64,000 bases of DNA. It comes from Phallusia mammillata (lineage: Eukaryota). Within the stretch, counting starts at the first letter, position 1. Every line of letters begins with the position of its first letter. Below are positions 61,201 through 64,000 of the stretch, piece after piece. The position numbers were made by a program, and so were the translations under genes. The notes under the pieces were generated by a model, which was not told where the DNA came from, ran no database searches, and saw only the letters and a program-made list of their open reading frames with translations. The DNA lies in assembly GCA_965637545.1 (NCBI GenBank), contig OZ281500.1, positions 9,486,001-9,550,000 on the forward strand, in the 5' to 3' direction.

Positions 61201-63761
61201 GTAAGTTAAGTCCAGCAACTTAGCTAGTTAAGTTCATTTGAAAAAAATAGGCCCAAATTAAGCCCGTTTTTTTTTCGAAGAAGCCTAAGCCCGAAGCCGG
61301 CCAGAAAAGCCCGACTTTACAACTCCGTACAAAACACTTCAGCTTACATAGCAATGAATTATATACGTTTTCGGTAGGACTACCAACCTGCATAAGAAGT
61401 TTGGCTGCAGCATTTTCGGATGCCCGAAGTTTTTCGGTTAAATTGGTTTCTTGAATGATTCGAGCCGTATCGACGTCACAGTCGTCTACGTAACGCCCTG
61501 TGTCGTCATCATGACGTGGTTTCGGTTCGCTCTCCGCGATGCTACCGAGCTCGAGTTTCGGAACTGGTCGTTCAGTCATCTCGGTCAGACTATCTTCCAA
61601 AGAAGCGATCTTAAATCGTAAAGCTTCATTCTCTGAACGAAGTGAGAGTGAGTCTTCCTGCGAAAACAAATACATTTCTTATTTGTCACTCCTTCACTGT
61701 TCAGCTTCATTTGGGGTTCACTAAAATGAGTGTTTTGTTGAGATTTTTTCCGTAACTAAACTTTTATTCAGATGTCTTTTTCGTAGACTATATATTGCGG
61801 TTTTATAGGTATGACCGGTATGCAAATCGTATAATATGCCTACTTTAAACTGCATAGTCATTAGATACCTATATTGTAGTTACGCTTTTAATATTTTATT
61901 TGTAAAACAATTGGTCTGAAAAAAATTATTCTTTTCATTTGAGACAGAGTTCTCTGTATAAAACGAACACGTATTATTTGTGTAAGCCGACATGGTCCGA
62001 GTTAAACTAATTAGACAAATTTACCTGTAACCTAACAATCGCAACAGGGCTGTCTTCGCCCTCCGTGTTTGTCTCTTCCATGCTGGGTTGTAGAGATACG
62101 TCACTAACGTCATAGCGGTTATCACCAGAGATGTCAGTCCACTGCAGTGATCCCCGAGCACTGTCGCTTTGCATCCGCATAACTTCCTGTTCTAGGTTTT
62201 CTTTGTCAATTCTGAGAGTCTGGATCAGCTTTTGAGCCTGTACAAGCTCTTCTTGCAAAATCGAGGTCTCCTCTTCAAGTCTTTTTTTTAATGTAGAATA
62301 AGAGCATAAATGATTAAATAAACAGCAACAGGTGTATTTTTGACACAAACAGCTATAGGTGCCTTAAGCGCATTATTTAGTCTCTGACGTGACACAACTA
62401 ACACCAGTCACAAGTCACAACATGCAATAGGTCCACGCCCTAATTAAACTCACATTACCACTTGAGGAAAAATCAATAGTGTTTGCAAATATTTCAATGG
62501 TTTCGTATCCGGACAAACATAGCGACAATGTGACAATCGATGTATGCAGGTCAATGACAGTATTTCAAGCGAATGCTCTTTTCACAGTTGGGAACAAAAA
62601 CTTTGCTTTATACATTATTATACACAAACTACTCTGGACAACACATAATTTCAACCATGTTTAAACTATTCTGATGAATGTTAACGCCTTTACGGGCTGG
62701 TTCAAATACAGCCATGTTTGTCGTTAGTGCAATTAAGCTGAATGCTTATCGTCAAAACAAAACTTTTATGTAAATGACCTCACTTACCCTTCGTTTCGAT
62801 GAAGTTTACTTGCTTCGAGATTTCTATCAACATTGGATCCACGTTCATCTTCCTTTAACACGCGCCTTTGGTTTAACTGCTGATTCATGGTATTGTTTTC
62901 CTCCATGACCTCAGCAATTTTCATGTCGCGTTGCTGGACTTCGGCAGTCAACTGATCGCATTCATTGCGCAGCGTGACCACTTGGTTGTTGAGTTCGTCT
63001 ATGGTTGCTTGCATTAGTTCAATTGTTTCAGTGAGGTCTTCCACCGTGTGCTCGAGGTCGTCGTTTTTGTCTCGGACTTCCTGCGTCTCTTCTCTCGCGT
63101 TGATGAGACTCGTGTTCATTAGTTCACGTTCCATCTGAACACAGTGGAATAGCAACGTGAGCGACACAAAAAGGCAACTGCAATGAATCGAAAGATTATA
63201 TGTGACAGCAACGTTTTTTCTGCAAACGTGCTTAACGTTTAGCAAATGCCTAGTTTTTGTTCTAAGTGTTGATCTGGCATGTTTGCTTTTTTGGTGGTTT
63301 TATCCGTTGTTATTCTCTAATTAGAGTCGTACATAAAACAACTTATTGTAGTGGTTCTTAACCTGGAGTGCAAAACCTGTTTCTACAGGGGGAAAATACT
63401 GAATCATCGTTATTCTAATGTTGATAACTTGGCGGAAAATACAACAAGACCGCGAAAACTAATTGGTGACTTTAAGGTGGTGCCGACAAAAAGTTAAGAA
63501 TCACTGGCTTATAACAATGCAGATGAATCTAACAAATCATTTACCTACTGTTTATTATACTTTATCGCAAATACATGTTAAAAACGACTTTAATCAGCTA
63601 CAGACACTGACCTCCATCGTTTCCATATCAGTGGCGAAATCATTCTCATCTTTTCTCAAATCTTCAATTTCTTTCTGCAGTGTCTCGTTTTTTGTCTCGA
63701 GAAGTAAAATCTCCTCGTGCAGCTCCTCACTGCTCATCTCAGCTCTTCTCGCCTCCGACAT
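43264..63761 (-). CDS. RIMBP: RIM-binding-protein-like gene: long N-terminal coiled coil, Ser-rich region, SH3, FN3, SH3 (more than 20 exons; the 5' end may extend beyond the window)
   Basis: Coiled-coil exons include 63765-63612, 63134-62788, 62280-62025, 61657-61388, 59952-59833, 59258-59134 and 58575-58428, plus a large exon 51991-50613. SH3-1 lies in 48441-48197 + 48060-47941 (RIFVAKRDYAPS...LPVLAGDTVVAIG...GKIGFVPLAHL). FN3 lies in 47712-47094 + 46786-46694 + 45522-45327 (KSMIISWTPP...VIGYEISIDGE...AILGDLDL...VEVKTVSSVG). SH3-2 lies in 44423-44247 + 43404-43264 (ALYDYDPAVDSP...DGFCDVQVGKKRGIAP). Several internal exons between about 52000 and 58400 are only partly resolved. Confidence 0.75.
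43842..44031. mobile_element. hAT/Charlie-like MITE
   Basis: TIRs caagggtcggcaacc / ggttgccgaccattg with subterminal gcggaccg/gggccgcgg motifs. No TSD is retained. Confidence 0.65.
44778..45075. mobile_element. Degenerate hAT-like end with arrays of gaacc(g) motifs
   Basis: Begins ccagggagtcggaac and contains many (c/t)gaacc motifs, as in hAT subterminal regions. No TSD was found. Confidence 0.45.
50343..50571. mobile_element. hAT/Charlie-like MITE with internal 30-bp tandem repeat
   Basis: TIRs caagggttcttaacct / aggttaagaaccactg, perfect TSD atatagag (50335-50342 and 50572-50579), and about 3 internal copies of aagggggtgcgaaaattggttagtgattt. Confidence 0.92.
52345..52529. mobile_element. 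hAT-type MITE
   Basis: 8-bp TIRs cagagttg / caactctg and perfect TSD gttcgtag (52337-52344 and 52530-52537). Confidence 0.85.
61029..61327. mobile_element. Degenerate MITE related to 52345-52529
   Basis: Termini cacagttgtaaa / tttacaactccg and repeated agcccg/ggccc motifs. No TSD. Confidence 0.5.
63349..63506. mobile_element. Older copy of the 50343-50571 MITE family
   Basis: Termini tagtggttcttaacct / aagttaagaatcactg, shared internal ctgaatcat, and degenerate flanks acttattg / gcttataa. Confidence 0.6.
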
Positions 63762-64000
63762 TGATCTGTTAATCATAATTTTCATTTAAATCAATCACAA
63801 ACATAACAAATCTGATTCGCAATTTTTTAAAGGATTCTGTCCATGGCCTGCTGCTCAACAGGTTCAATAAGGTCATATTTAAACAACCGGTAAAGTTAGT
63901 AACTTCCTGCCCCAAGATCGGTTTGATCCGATTGGGATTGTTGACTTTTACAAGACCAAAATCATAAAGCAATTACATGTCTTTTCGAAACCAAGTGAAT

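Overview
AT-rich, intron-rich animal genomic DNA. The compact introns and the CRMP exon structure suggest an invertebrate chordate such as an ascidian; this is inference. From left to right the window holds: (1) the 5' part of a minus-strand gene for a secreted, very acidic Ser-Gly-rich protein that runs off the left edge; (2) an 11-exon CRMP/DPYSL-family gene whose amidohydrolase metal site is degenerate; (3) four paralogous genes for secreted coiled-coil proteins of a family I do not recognise, arranged as two divergent tandem pairs (A,B on minus; C,D on plus); (4) a multi-exon OATP/SLCO transporter that appears to lack the Kazal-type loop and carries a decayed MFS-like coding relic in that intron; (5) a long minus-strand RIM-binding-protein-like gene (coiled coil, SH3, FN3, SH3). 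Introns contain several hAT-type MITEs with 8-bp target-site duplications, a TA-flanked MITE and a Helentron/HINE-like element with a ~303-bp tandem core. The most notable signal is the four-gene cluster. All four chains are exactly colinear over 262 residues and share a 14-residue N-x-x-Q-D repeat. Their N-terminal heads group A+D versus B+C, while their signal peptides and stalks group A+B versus C+D, giving all four head/stalk combinations. All gene models were spliced by eye from GT-AG sites and reading-frame continuity.
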